A DNA stretch of 64,000 bases from Macrostomum hystrix (taxonomy: Eukaryota; Animalia; Platyhelminthes): contig CATNEN010000025.1 in NCBI GenBank assembly GCA_950097015.1, positions 1,922,001 through 1,986,000 of the forward strand. Direction: 5' to 3'. Numbering within the stretch: the first letter of the stretch is position 1; each line of letters opens with the position of its first letter. Shown here piece after piece: positions 47,398 to 60,749 of the stretch. Under the pieces are notes generated by a model. The model ran no database searches. It worked only from the letters and a program-made list of their open reading frames with translations, and was not told the DNA's origin. The translations under genes were made by a program, and so were the position numbers.

Positions 47398-49037
47398 TTA
47401 GCCAGTGTGAGACAGCACCATCCAGCCAATGACAAAGTAGAACAGGCAAACCGGATAGACAGCCAGTGCTTTCCTATTTGGCGGCTGGCTAGAGGCCAGG
47501 AAAGCAGTTGAAGCGAACACCGACCATGCCAGGCCAAGCAGTACCATGATGCAGCGGACAATGAACAGGACTAGGCTGCGGCTGCTAGACAATAGGATTA
47601 TCCTGCAGCCGATTAGGGACAGCAGCAAAGGCAGTACGCAGTAGCCAAGAACGCAGATTGCCTGAGAACAGTTTTACAGCTTTACACATTCAAGATAAGC
47701 ATTGGTGTAATAAATCTGATCTTAAGGCTGTTTCAACTCTTACCCAAGATCTTCTTACCCAATACCCTTACCCACTTCTTCAGGTTCTATTTCGAACCCT
47801 GGCCTTTAGATTTTCAGGCTGAATTGCAATCCCTTGCCCCACCCTAACCGTAAGTAAGTAAGCTGAGCTGCACATCTTTAGACGGCGTCAAACAGCGGTC
47901 ACCACTCAGTCGGACTTAAGGGGCCCTCACCTGAAAGTATGAGATATCTCCGCCGAGCAGTTTGGCATTGAGAGTCACAGCGAAGGCGCCAACCCAGAAT
48001 ATGATGAAAACCTGGGCGAACTGAGGCCCGCCATCGTTAGAACCGGCACTCGAGTGGCCTTGTAGAAGGCTGCAAAGTTGAGAGAAATCAGAATTAATAA
48101 GCAATCCATACTGGGTAAATGTACGAGTAGATACTGATAAACAAAAACTCACGTTGCGAGGATGGTGCAAAGAATCAGCGGACCCCACAGATCCCCTGAA
48201 ATGTTAAATATTAATTAATAAACGGTTTACTGTTCATCTATGAAAATGGTCATAGGGAAGGGCAGTTGAAGAGATCATAAACTGAGCTATGAACATGGTC
48301 ATAGGGAAGGGCAGCGGAAGAGATCATAAACTGAGCTATGAACATGGTCATAGGGAAGGGCAGCGGAAGAGATCATAAACTGAGCTATGAACATGGTCAT
48401 AGGAAGGGCAGCGGAAGAGGTCATAGACTGAGCTATGAAAATGGTCATAGGGAAGGGCAGCGGAAGAGATCATAAACTGAGCTATGAACATGGTCATAGG
48501 AAGGGCAGCGGAAGAGATCATAAACTGAGCTATGAACATGGTCATAGGAAGGGCAGCAGAAGAGATCATAAATTGAGCTATGAACATGGTCATAGGAAGG
48601 GCAGCTGAAGAGGTCATAGACTAAGCTATGAACATAGTCATAGTAACTAACGGGGAGAAGTCATAGTGTGAAGGGTAATTGAAACCGACCATTTAGTAAT
48701 GGCTATTGATAGGATTATAAAAGCATGACAGTAAAAATAACTGTAGGCTTTGTAACCAGGTAAGCGCTTCGATGGGTTGTTAATGAGTAGGTTAAAAGTA
48801 GATATTCACGAATGCAGAAGGTAACAAATTGCTTAAAGTATTTTTTAAACTGTCCTACTCACAATCCCTAAGCAGAGATTTGCTTGACCGTGGCACAAAG
48901 ACGTGATAGAATTTGACGCCCACAGCCTTCACATCGCGCAAAATAGTTTCTTTCACCGGCTCGTCAAGCGTTGAAGGATAAAGATTGGCACCATTTAGTG
49001 GTACATTGGGCACATTGCTTGGCCCTGAGCTAGACAT
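47398..49037 (-). CDS. YIPF6: Protein YIPF6; exons 49037..48863, 48195..48153, 48069..47931, 47661..47398 (206 aa)
   Basis: STLDEPVKETILRD..KFYHV..LLRDWDLWGPL, PQFAQVF..TLNAKLLGG.ISYFQAICVLGYC and ALAVYPVCLFYFVIGW. Intron phases 1, 2, 0 are consistent. Confidence 0.93.
48235..48645. repeat. 47-48-bp tandem repeat in YIPF6 intron 1
   Basis: ATCATAAACTGAGCTATGAACATGGTCATAGG(G)AAGGGCAGCGGAAGAG, about 8 units. Confidence 0.9.
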
Positions 49038-49907
49038 TTCACCCTCGAGTGGTGCAGCAGCAGCCTGTTTTTTTGATATTTAAAGAGAAGTTTAAAAGTT
49101 AAAAGCTGGGTTTTATTACTAGAAATTCACAATATGCAATTGATAATCAGAATTTGAAAAACTTTTAAAGTGGGTGCCAGGTTGCTGATAAACAAAATTT
49201 TAGGATCTAGATACAATAGTCAACAAGGGAGTTTAGAAAAGGTTACTAGAAAATAATGTTATAAGCAGAAATCTTGAAATGATCTAAAAACAACAATATG
49301 AACATAGTCCCAAATATCCTAATCAGTTTAGATAATTAATACTATTAATAAACATTTTATTATAAAATTATTACTGAAAGACCCATTTTAGATTTAAGTC
49401 TAATGCACCTGATTTACATTTAAATGTGTGTTATATAAAAACAGTTTATGATTATATTTGCCAGGAAATTAAAATAATTGTGATGGCCTTTGCAAACTGA
49501 CTTCTAAATAAGCTTGCAAAAAATTCTCAATGTATCCTTTCAACTTAAGTTGCTTTTAAATGAGTAGAAGCAGATTCAGAACCATGTGTAGACAATGGAA
49601 GAATGTACAAAGTAAAAAGGGTTATGTTATTCACTTGCTAATAACTATATAGGATACCACTATAGGGGCCTAGCCCACATTACTAAATCTATCCAAGTCT
49701 CAGACTAGTTTGAGTTGATAGCTAGGTTTAAATTTAAGAGTGAATTATATTGATTATATACATATACCATGAATTGTTAAGAAAAGTATCACTTTTATCA
49801 TGCAATAGCAACAATAGGCTATAGAGGAGAGAAGTAAGTAAATACTGTTAACAATGACAAAATGTATCAATCTAACATAAAAAAGAAAACTTGTTAATTA
49901 TATTTTA

Positions 49908-52192
49908 CTAGCTTTTTTTGCCCGTTGTTTTTGGGGCAGAAATTTAAAGCAAAGCAGTAAGCAATTCACGTCTCTGTATTAACTTTATAGTGAAGGTCAC
50001 CATTTATTTATTTACTACATTAATGAAAAGTGAAGAGTTTGTTTAAGGGCGTTTTAAGTAAAAAATAAGTGAAAAGTTTGTCCAAACAGCCCCCTCTTGA
50101 TTACTTCTTTAGAAACATGTCTCTTAGCCACTCCTCTATACAGTAAGTGGCAGATCCAGGAATTTTGTTTTGGGGCGGTCTGTCAGGGGAGCGCCATGAG
50201 AATCACAGAGGGGGTGCCAGCGGCCGAAAAAGGGCGCCAGGAGCCAAGAAAGGGCGCCAGCGGCTGAAAAACGGGAGCCAGCGGCTGAAAAAGGGGCGCC
50301 AGCGGCCGAAAAGGGGCGCCAGTGCTGCGACTGGCGCCCCTGGTGGGGGCATCTTATTCCCATGATTAAAATTTAGGGGGGCGACTGCCCCTCCGCCCCC
50401 CCTAAATCTGCCTCTGTATACAGTATGCATGTACACGCGTATACATAAGGAAAATAGCCATGGCATAACAATAACAATGTCAAAGAAACAAAATTAAACT
50501 GTCATGTTTCAGAGTTCAGAGTTAGACAGGTCAAGGTCAATTCGTGACTACTTTTCTATTAATTGCTTGCGAGTCACCTCAAGGCCTGGGGATACAGCAC
50601 ATTCTTCGTTCTTCCCCTTGGTGCGAAAATGAATAGGCCAGCTGGAGTTCCAACACGGGAGCAGGCGACATAAAGCTGCCCATGCGAGAAGCAAGAAGTC
50701 TCCAGGTTGATGCCAGCCACCTTCAGCGACTGTCCCTGAGCCTTGTTAATAGTCATCGCAAAGCACACTCTCACAGGGAACTGCAGTCGCTTGAACTGAA
50801 ATGGCAGGTCCGTGGGGATAATTGGAATCCGGGGAACGAACACAGACTCTCTTCTGCCAGATCCAGTCATTATCGTGGCCTCAATCACGTGTGGGAAGAG
50901 CCGCCTGACTATCAGTCTGGTGCCGTTACACAGCCTTGGCGCATTCAGGTTGCGGAGGAGCATAATTGGTGCCCCAACTTTCAGCTGCAAGTTGTGCGAT
51001 GGAGTTCCAGGAGGATCTAGAGAGTTCAGAAACTCAACAGGATACTCCACAGCGGTGTCATCAGTCAACGTTGTATCAATTGACTTGTAGGTGAAAACTG
51101 CACCTGGCAACTCCTGAAGCAGTTGGTAGTTAATTTCGTTGGCGGCATCATTTCTAGGACACAGAATTGCCCTCTCTGACAGCCAGTCAACGTCAGCATA
51201 TCGAACCATCAGGTTCGGGTAAACTTTTGCCTTGAGCTCCTGCACTGACTGCACAATGGTTCCGATTGTAGCGATCGATGACTGCCCATCCTCGGTGCTA
51301 ATCTCCAGCAGACCATTGCCGATTCGCAATAGATTGGCAGAGAACTCATGAGCTGTTTCGTCTCCTTGAATTGTAGCTCTCATGTTTGTTCGTAGGTGCA
51401 ACTTCACAACCGATGGCCACAGGTGAGATGATTTTAGGCAAGCATTAATCTCATCAGCAGGAGTGCCACGCGGAATCACAGGCAGCGTCTGTCTAAAGTC
51501 TCCAGACAGCAGCAGAGTGATACCACCCATCAGTTGATCGCCAGCCTCTCTCTTTCTTCTATCCCAGGCTGGCTGGAGAGAAATATCGACCGGAGAGCCC
51601 TGCGCACTGGGACGCCACCGCACTCACCGCACTCAGTCTCAGTGCTGCTTGGGGGCCAGTAGACAGTCTAGGGGTTTGGGCTGTGTACATTCACGGCTTG
51701 AAATACAATGTACAGTCTGGGGCTTCGGCGCCCGGGGAAGGGAGGGGGTGGCTGTAATAAAATTTGGCCCGCAGAGTGGCGGAGGGGAGTTGGGGTGGCT
51801 GTCCTCGGAAAACAAAAAGTGACTCACTTTGAGATGATGCAGCTTTGCTCTGGATTGAGTAGAGATGTTCAAAATTGACAGCATTGTTGGAAAACATGTA
51901 AAGTGTAAGTGGATCAAATTTGGAGAAAATCTGACAAAGTGGAGCGACGATATGTCGAATTGAGTGATTTTTTGACGATTTTTGAGCAGTTTTTTTGCAC
52001 TTTTGAGCAGGAAGGAAATGATTTTTCGGGAATTTGAGTAGCCTATTGCACTCAGCGTAGGTGGTTTTAGGTATGTGCAAAGTTTGGTGCGATTTGGTTG
52101 AGCGGTTTCGGCGTCTATAAAGACAAAAGGTTGCACACACACAGACAGACACACACACACACAGACAGAGTTTTCACTTTTATATATATAGA
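49908..52192 (-). mobile_element. Non-autonomous Helitron, copy B (2285 bp); helicase fragment ORF 50574-51623; MITE 50145-50416
   Basis: CTAG at 49908-11 preceded by A. Ends ..TATATAGA at 52192. Co-linear with copy A. Confidence 0.93.
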
Positions 52193-54427
52193 CTAGCTTT
52201 TTTTGCCCGTTTTTTTGGGGCAGAAATTTAAAGCAAAGCAGTAAGCAATTCACGTCTCGGTATTAACTTTATAGTGAAGGTCACCATTTATTTATTTACT
52301 GCATTAATGAAAAGTGAAGAGTTTGTTTAAGGGCGTTTTAAGTAAAAAATAAGTGAAAAGTTTGTCCAAACAGCCCCCTCTTGATTACTTCTTTAGAAAC
52401 ATGTTTCTTAGCCACTCCTCTATACAGTCAGTGGCAGATCCAGGAATTTTGTTTTGGGGCGGTCTGTCAGGGGAGCGCCATGAGAATCACAGAGGGGGTG
52501 CCAGCGGCCGAAAAAGGGCGCCAGGAGCCAAGAAAGGGCGCCAGCGGCTGAAAAACGGGAGCCAGCGGCTGAAAAAGGGGCGCCAGCGGCCGAAAAGGGG
52601 CGCCAGTGCTGCGACTGGCGCCCCTGGTGGGGGCATCTTATTCCCATGATTAAAATTTAGGGGGGCGACTGCCCCCCCGCCCCCCCCTAAATCTGCCTCT
52701 GTATACAGTATGCATGTACACGCGTATACATAAGGAAAATAGCCATGGCATAACAATAACAATGTCAAAGAAACAAAATTAAACTGTTTCAGAGTTCAGA
52801 GTTAGACAGGTCAAGGTTAATTCGTGACTACTTTTCTATTAATTGCTTGCGAGTCACCTCAAGGCCTGGGGATACACCACATTCTTCGTTCTTCCCCTTG
52901 GTGCGAAAATGAATAGGCCAGCTGGAGTTCCAACACGGGAGCAGGCGACATAAAGCTGCCCATGCGAGAAGCAAGGAGTCTCCAGGTTGATGCCAGCCAC
53001 CTTCAGCGACTGTCCCTGAGCCTTGTTAATAGTCATCGCAAAGCACACTCTCACAGGGAACTGCAGTCGCTTGAACTGAAATGGCAGGTCCGTGGGGATA
53101 ATTGGAATCCGGGGAACGAACAGACTCTCCTCTGCCAGATCCAGTCATTATCGTGGCCTCAATCACGTGTGGGAAGAGCCGCCTGACTATCAGTCTGGTG
53201 CCGTTACACAGCCTTGGCGCATTCAGGTTGCGGAGGAGCATAATTGGTGCCCCAACTTTCAGCTGCAAGTTGTGCGATGGAGTTCCAGGAGGATCTAGAG
53301 AGTTCAGAAACTCAACAGGATACTCCACAGCGGTGTCATCAGTCAACGTTGTATCAATTGACTTGTAGGTGAAAACTGCACCTGGCAACTCCTGAAGCAG
53401 TTGGTAGTTAATTTCGTTGGCGGCATCATTTCTAGGACACAGAATTGCCCTCTCTGACAGCCAGTCAACGTCAGCATATCGAACCATCAGGTTCGGGTAA
53501 ACTTTTGCCTTGAGCTCCTGCACTGACTGCACAATGGTTCCGATTGTAGCGATCGATGACTGCCCATCCTCGGTGCTAATCTCCAGCAGACCATTGCCGA
53601 TTCGCAATAGATTGGCAGAGAACTCATGAGCTGTTTCGTCTCCTTGAATTGTAGCTCTCATGTTTGTTCGTAGGTGCAACTTCACAACCGATGGCCACAG
53701 GTGAGATGATTTTAGGCAAGCATTAATCTCATCAGCAGGAGTGCCACGCGGAATCACAGGCAGCGTCTGTCTAAAGTCTCCAGACAGCAGCAGAGTGACA
53801 CCACTCTGGCACTCTGGCTGGAGAGAAATATCGCCCTGCGCACTGGGACGCCACCGCACTCACCGCACTCAGTCTCAGTGCTGCTTGGGGGCCAGTAGAC
53901 AGTCTAGGGGTTTGGGCTGTGCACATTCACGGCTTGAAATACAATGTACAGTCTGGGGCTTCGGCGCCCGGGGAAGGGAGGGGGTGGCTGTAATAAAATT
54001 TGGCCCGCAGAGTGGCGGAGGGGAGTTGGGGTGGCTGTCCTCGGAAAACAAAAAGTGACTCACTTTGAGATGATGCAGCTTTGCTCTGGATTGAGTAGAG
54101 ATGTTCAAAATTGTCAGCATTGTCGGAAAACATGTAAAGTGTAAGTGGATCAAATTTGGAGAAAATCTGACAAAGTGGGGCGACGATATGTCGAATTGAG
54201 TGATTTTTTGACGATTTTTGAGCAGTTTTTTGCACTTTTGAGCAGGAAGGAAATGATTTTTCGGGAATTTGAGTAGCCTATTGCACTCAGCGTAGGTGGT
54301 TCTAGGTATGTGCAAAGTTTGGTGCGATTTGGTTGAGCGGTTTCGGCGTCTATAAAGACAAAAGGTTGCACACACACAGACAGACACACACACACACAGA
54401 CAGAGTTTTCACTTTTATATATATAGA
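52193..54427 (-). mobile_element. Non-autonomous Helitron, copy C (2235 bp), directly abutting copy B; helicase frameshifted; MITE 52429-52701
   Basis: CTAG at 52193-96 immediately follows B's end. Ends ..TATATAGA at 54427 followed by T. 2-bp deletion near 53121 and deletions near 53810-53835. Confidence 0.93.
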
Positions 54428-55639
54428 TAAATGCTACACTGTATGCCATACCCAGGATGGTGTCCATATGCAGGATTATTCCCATGTACATTTTACTCAA
54501 GAAATAGTTTTTAGTGTACAAATCTTCCTAAAAATGGCATATATGTGTATATACATGTGAAAGGCAAACAACTCTGCATGCAAAATTTTTTTGAAAGTAG
54601 AAACTTCCCATACAAATTTGTAATAGCTACTGCAACCATAAGCATAATCACAAGCACAACTGTATAATAGGCCTATGAATTAAATTTAGTTTTATTCTAA
54701 ATGTATAGGTTTTAATAAATATTTAACTGCTACTAAAGAAGAAGAAACTTCCTATCTGAAGTTTTATGAATAACATACTTGTTTTATTGGATTTTGATTT
54801 AGCAAACTCACATTTTTTCATTTTTTTCAGTTATAAATTTCCCATTTATCTTTGACTTTTAATGGGTGAAATCTGGATGGCTCTGTATTTCTCACTATGG
54901 TTTTAAATAAACTCATTAAGATGGTTTGATATGGAAATATGTTGAAATATCCATATAGGGTAATGTATCATCAACCAAACAAGAATATGTATTTTTTTAA
55001 CTTCAAACCTAAGCTACAGATTTTCTATTTAAGATATGATGATAAATCAAAAGCCAAGTTATAGAAAACAGTTACATCTTTCTAAAAAGTATCTGCTTTT
55101 GCTATTTTATCAAATAGAAAAAATGTTATTCCTGCTTTTTATCTAAAACTGAACAATGATTTTCATGTATCTTCTAACCATACAGAGAATTTGATGTTTG
55201 GTTTTAAAATTGGAGTGAGTGGTTTAATCTTATTTTAAGGAGTGAACTAGCCTATCATGAATTATGTAATTTGAAAGCATTTTTCATGCTCTATAAATAA
55301 CTACATTTATGGTCATTTAATTGGCAAGCAACCACATACAATCTTCGTCTAAAGTACATACTGAAAAAATGGTGTTAAAAAGTATGCTTTTGCAATAAAA
55401 ATTTCTACTGAAGCATAAATATCTTTCTTTCCTCTTAATGTTTCATTGCACATCATGCCTCAGCTTGTAGATAATTTCTTCAACTTTTAAATTAGTTGTT
55501 CTGTGAAACACTAGGCCCTAACACAATAGCTTGTTTCTGTCTTGCACGAGACCAAGGAAGAAGTCAAAATTCTTGTTCGGTTTTGAAGATACACTGTTCG
55601 GTTGATGATACATTACCCTATTCAGTTTATGTGGATAAT

Positions 55640-55738
55640 TATAATAATAAGTAATAATAATTTATTACGCCTGCCCCAATCGGGTCAGATGTGCAGCCTA
55701 CAGTACAGACGCAGCTAATGGCAGCGCATCTGAAGGCT
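55640..55738 (-). mobile_element. 5'-truncated SINE family A fragment
   Basis: (TAA)n tail plus CCTGCCCCAATCGGGTCAGATGTGCAGCC..GCATCTGAAGGCTG, matching 10021-10077. Confidence 0.8.
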
Positions 55739-56894
55739 GAAATTAATTTCTGCATTAACAAATTACACTTACAGTAGGAGTGTCATGAAATTCCATCACA
55801 AACTGTTTGTTCTCTGAAGCCATATTTATATTTAAGTTTTATTGTGTTTAATAAATTCGCAGTTCCGAAACTATTTTTTCTTTGAAAGTTAAATTGTACT
55901 GTCTATTATAACCAAATTACGCTTTTGAGATATGACAGTCTACTTACACACGTATCAATTCTTAACTTTGAATGAAAATAAAGAGTACTTAACTTCGCTT
56001 TGTAGTTTATATAGATCGTTTCCAAAACAACACTAGCTTTTTATTTGGCACATGCTGTGAAATTAGACTACATGCGTTTTTTGTCAGGCTATTTAGTTTG
56101 TCCAGGCTTATTATCCAATATGCTTGATTATATCGACTACATTTCACGTAGGACTGTATGTCAGGCGACACCCAATCAGTTAAAAAATACATTTTAAACA
56201 AACTTCAAATAAATTAACTACTCAAGCAACAGTTTTTTGTTATATGCAACGAGAGAGCATTCATTATTATCATGCGGCTTCGTGGATGACTGTCCTATAG
56301 AGCTAATGAAATTAGTAAAATACAAGCAGTCGTTAAAATAATCTTAGGTATAGTAATTTGGTTTCTCATACTACTTTTCCTCTAAAAGCAATGTAGCATG
56401 CATGTATGCTTCCGGCCCACTTTTTAGATACTGATTCCATATATGTCCATGCAGCCAATCAGAAAGCAGCCGGAGACTTGCTTGTAATGTAATGCGTTCC
56501 GACCATCGGGCTGTAGGAAACTTAAATGCACGGGGCTCTAGCAGATGGAAACTAAAAAAATATTGTTCTGAAAGACGAAAAAGCAAACAGCTTTTTACGA
56601 CATGTCGCCTGCAAAATTATATAGCGATAGACGTGCCGCAGATCTGATGCCATCGTCATTGATAATGCTGCTGGCCTTTACAGTGTCGCTGAATACTGCC
56701 TGCTGCAACTGCAGCCCGAATCGGAACAAGGTTGACAAAGCCATCAATGGATCTGTATCGGCTGGCTGCAGCCTGACTTCGGTGAGCATTTCGAAGTAAA
56801 ATTTTAAGAATAGTTTAGCTTTTTCACGAACCATGTAGTCATTATCCGAATAAGAGAATTTGAGACTAGGAAGATCTTAGGAAATATAAGTGGT

Positions 56895-58340
56895 AGAGAG
56901 AAAAAGAGAGAGTTAGGACGCGTGGGCCGAGGTGGAATGCGAGAAGTTACAAGATGAAGAGAGCGCGAGAGAGAGAAGGAGAGGGAGAGAGCGGGTAAGG
57001 AGAGGGAGTGAGCGGGTAATGAGACGGAGAGAGCGAGTAATGAGATGGAGAGAGCGGGTAAGCAGAGGGAGAGAGCTGGTAAGGAGAGGGAGTGAGCGGG
57101 TAAGAAGAAGGATAGAGCGGGTAAGGAGAGGGAGAGAGCGGGCAAACAGGGGGAGAGAGCAGGAAAGCAGAGGGAGAGAGAGAGCGGGTAAGGAGAGGGA
57201 GAGAGCGGGTAAGGAGACGGAGGGAGCGGGTAAGGAGAGGGAGAGAGCTGGTAAGGAGAGGGAGTGAGCGGGTAAGAAGAAGGATAGAGCGGGTAAGGAG
57301 AGGGAGAGAGCGGGTAATGAGACGGAGAGAGCGGGTAAGGAGAGGGAGAGAGCTGGTAAGGAGAGGGAGTGAGCGGGTAAGAAGAAGGATAGAGCGGGTA
57401 AGGAGAGGGAGAGAGCGGGCAAACAGGGGGAGAGAGCAGGAAAGCAGAGGGAGAGAGAGAGCGGGTAAGGAGAGGGAGAGAGCGGGTAAGGAGAGGGAGA
57501 GAGCGGGTAATGAGACGGAGAGAGCGGGTAAGGAGAGGGAGAGTGCGGGTAAGAAGAAGGATAGAGCGGGTAAGGAGAGGGAGAGAGCGGGCAAACAGGG
57601 GGAGAGAGCAGGAAAGCAGAGGGAGAGAGAGAGCGGGTAAGGAGAGGGAGAGAGCGGGTAAGGAGAGGGAGAGAGCGAGTAATGAGACGGAGAGAGCGGG
57701 AAAACAGGGGGAGAGCAGGAAAGCAGAGGGAGAGAGAGAGCGGGTAAGGAGAGAGAGAGCGGGTAAGGAGAGAGAGAGCGGGTAAGGAGAGGGAGAGAGC
57801 GGATAAGCAGAGGGAGAGAGCGGGTAATGAGACGGAGAGAGCGGGTAATGAGACGGAGAGAGCGGGTAAGGAGAGGGAGAGAGCGGGTAAGAAGACGGAG
57901 AGAGCGGGTAATGAGACGGAGAGAACGGGTAAGGAGAGGGAGAGAGTGGGTAATGAGACGGAGAGAGCGGGTAATGAGATGGAGAGAGTGGGTAAGCAGA
58001 GGGAGAGAGCTGGTAAGGAGAGGGAGAGAGCGGGTAAGAAGAAGGATAGAGCGGGTAAGGAGAGGGAGAGAGCGGGCAAACAGGGGGAGAGAGCAGGAAA
58101 GCAGAGGGAGAGAGAGAGCGGGTAAGGAGAGGGAGAGAGCGGGTAAGGAGAGGGAGAGAGCGGGTAAGGAGAGGGAGAGAGTGGGTAATGAGACGGAGAG
58201 AGCGGGTAAGAAGACGGAGAGAGCGGGTAATGAGACGGAGAGAACGGGTAAGGAGACGGAGAGAGCGGGTAAGGAGAGGGAGAGAGCGGGTAATGAGACG
58301 GAGAGAGCGGGTAATGAGAGGAAGAGAGAGCAGGCAGAGA
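56895..58340. repeat. 21-bp GA-rich minisatellite (GAGAGGGAGAGAGCGGGTAAG) with higher-order blocks
   Basis: About 65 units; the variant block GGGCAAACAGGGGGAGAGAGCAGGAAAGCAG recurs at ~57140, 57417, 57588 and 58075. Confidence 0.95.
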
Positions 58341-59319
58341 GGGAGAAAATTGGAGTGAGATCGAGAGCTACAACTGAGATTTGAGAAAGAGTCCTGAAAA
58401 GTGCCAGTCCACAAATTTTGAAGTAGCAGATAAAAAAATTAGTTCGCCACGATTATTTTATAAACTTAAACTAGTTATACAAAAACTTTCTACCAGTCAC
58501 TTTAAGTGCTGAGTTAGAAAAATGTATTTTTTCGTAGCTAAAATTAATGCCGTTACCATTGGACTGAGATCTCTCGGTCTCTCGGTCAGAAGTTACTTGG
58601 CTAAATCAGCCAAATCAACAGTACTTGCCGGTTTAAAGTTTCTACATTATATCACAGTATAAAATTTGGGAAATAAAATCAACAGCCAACCAGTCTGTTC
58701 AGAATATTTTCCCACGCACCACCAGTAAGAAGACGCGGCATTCACACTGAAGGAATTGTTGGGATGAAGGATTTTTGATGCCTTAAACTGTGTGTGGCGT
58801 CGGGTAGTCGCTGCGTGGGTCCTCGTAGCGATGCGATCTTATCCACACAGATTCGGAGCATGATATCTCTTGTTAGAGAATAGAGCACAAGCTTGTCACG
58901 CGTTGTAAAACATTGTCCTCATTCCCACACAAAGCCACATCCTCACCTGCAACTTCCGATTCCCGACAGCAAACCGGATGTCTTGCTTGACAGAAGAAAA
59001 TAACTGATCAGTTTTGTTCACAACAAGCAAACTTGCCATCAAAGACTTGAAAACCTGGAAATGCAGACTTTTTTTGCAAACAGTTGGGAATGGGCCCTTC
59101 TGTCCGCTCGCTTCGCATCGAATTTTTGATTCAACTTTAGTTTTTCATGCCCTCCTATTACAGGAATAAATTCTGTGCAGACATTTGCTTTTGAAAGATT
59201 TGTAAGCCGCTGTCTGCTATTTTTCTCAATCAAATGGACGAAAATTTATGGAAACTTTAGAAAACTCAACTCAAAACCATGTCATCTTTCCCGTCCAATT
59301 GTTTGTGTGCCTTATGTCT

Positions 59320-60325
59320 CTACTGTCTCATCTCTCCCCAATTGTGAGCATCTCTCCTCAGTTTCTTCTCTCCTCAGTCTCATCTCTCCTCAGTCTCATC
59401 TCTCCTCAGTCTCATCTCTCCTCAGTCTCATCTCTCCTCAGTCTCATCTCTCCTCAGTCTCATCTCTCCTCAGTCTCATCTCTCCTCAGTCTCATCTCTC
59501 CTCAGTCTCATCTCTCCTCAGTCTCATCTCTCCTCAGTCTCATCTCTCCTGAGTCTCATCTCTCCTCAGTCTCATCTCTCCTCAGTCTCATCTCTCCTCA
59601 GTCTCATCTCTCCTCAGTCTCATCTCTCCTCAGTCTCATCTCTCCTCAGTTTCTTCTCTCCTCAGTCTCATCTCTCCTCAGTCTCATCTCTCCTCAGTCT
59701 CATCTCTCCTCAGTCTCATCTCTCCTCAGTCTCATCTCTCCTCAGTTTCTTCTCTCCTCAGTCTCATCTCTCCTCAGTCTCATCTCTCCTCAGTCTCATC
59801 TCTCCTGAGTCTCATCTCTCCTGAGTCTCATCTCTCCTCAGTCTCATCTCTCCTCAGTCTCATCTCTCCTCAGTCTCATCTCTCCTCAGTCTCATCTCTC
59901 CTCAGTCTCATCTCTCCTCAGTTTCTTCTCTCCTCAGTCTCATCTCTCCTCAGTCTCATCTCTCCTCAGTCTCATCTCTCCTCAGTCTCATCTCTCCTCA
60001 GTCTCATCTCTCCTCAGTCTCATCTCTCCTCAGTCTCATCTCTCCTCAGTCTCATCTCTCCTCAGTCTCATCTCTCCTCAGTCTCATCTCTCCTCAGTCT
60101 CATCTCTCCTCAGTTTCTTCTCTCCTCAGTCTCATCTCTCCTCAGTCTCATCTCTCCTCAGTCTCATCTCTCCTCAGTCTCATCTCTCCTCAGTCTCATC
60201 TCTCCTCAGTTTCTTCTCTCCTCAGTCTCATCTCTCCTCAGTCTCATCTCTCCTCAGTCTCATCTCTCCTCAGTCTCATCTCTCCTCAGTCTCATCTCTC
60301 CTCAGTCTCATCTCTCCTCAGTCTA
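59320..60325. repeat. 16-bp pyrimidine-rich minisatellite (CTCAGTCTCATCTCTC)
   Basis: About 60 highly homogeneous units; 16-aa periodicity in the ORFs. Confidence 0.95.
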
Positions 60326-60749
60326 ATCTGCCCAGAATAGCCTGCCCAGGGCATTGTGTGGTGCGCAATCGAAGTCACGAGATGCAACCGAAAGCAACTA
60401 TAGATGCAGAATGCTGATAAGTGCTGCCAAAAACGTGAAATCAGTAAATAAAATTCTAAAATACCCTAGAAGCGCTGAGAGCGCATAGCTTTTACTGTTC
60501 TGAAATATTGTGACCTCATCAAGCCTTGAATTTTATTCAGACAGAGGCGTTAAATTGAGTGTATCTAACATCACTATTTTGATAGTGCTACCTAGCTTGG
60601 CAAAGATTTTGTCACAAAGATTGCTAGGCTACTGGCAGTGGCTTAGTGCAGCAATCGAAGTCAGCATTAGAATATACAATGTCTTCAATCCAGTCATCAG
60701 CCCTGGATTCCGATTTGCTTACAACTTCCTCACTTTTAATTTTCCGCAG

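Noticed and set aside
56371-59054. Possible - strand gene from ORFs 56371-56586, 56595-56834 and a 108-nt exon-like segment at 58947-59054
   Set aside because: Splice phases could not be reconciled and no protein family was recognised.
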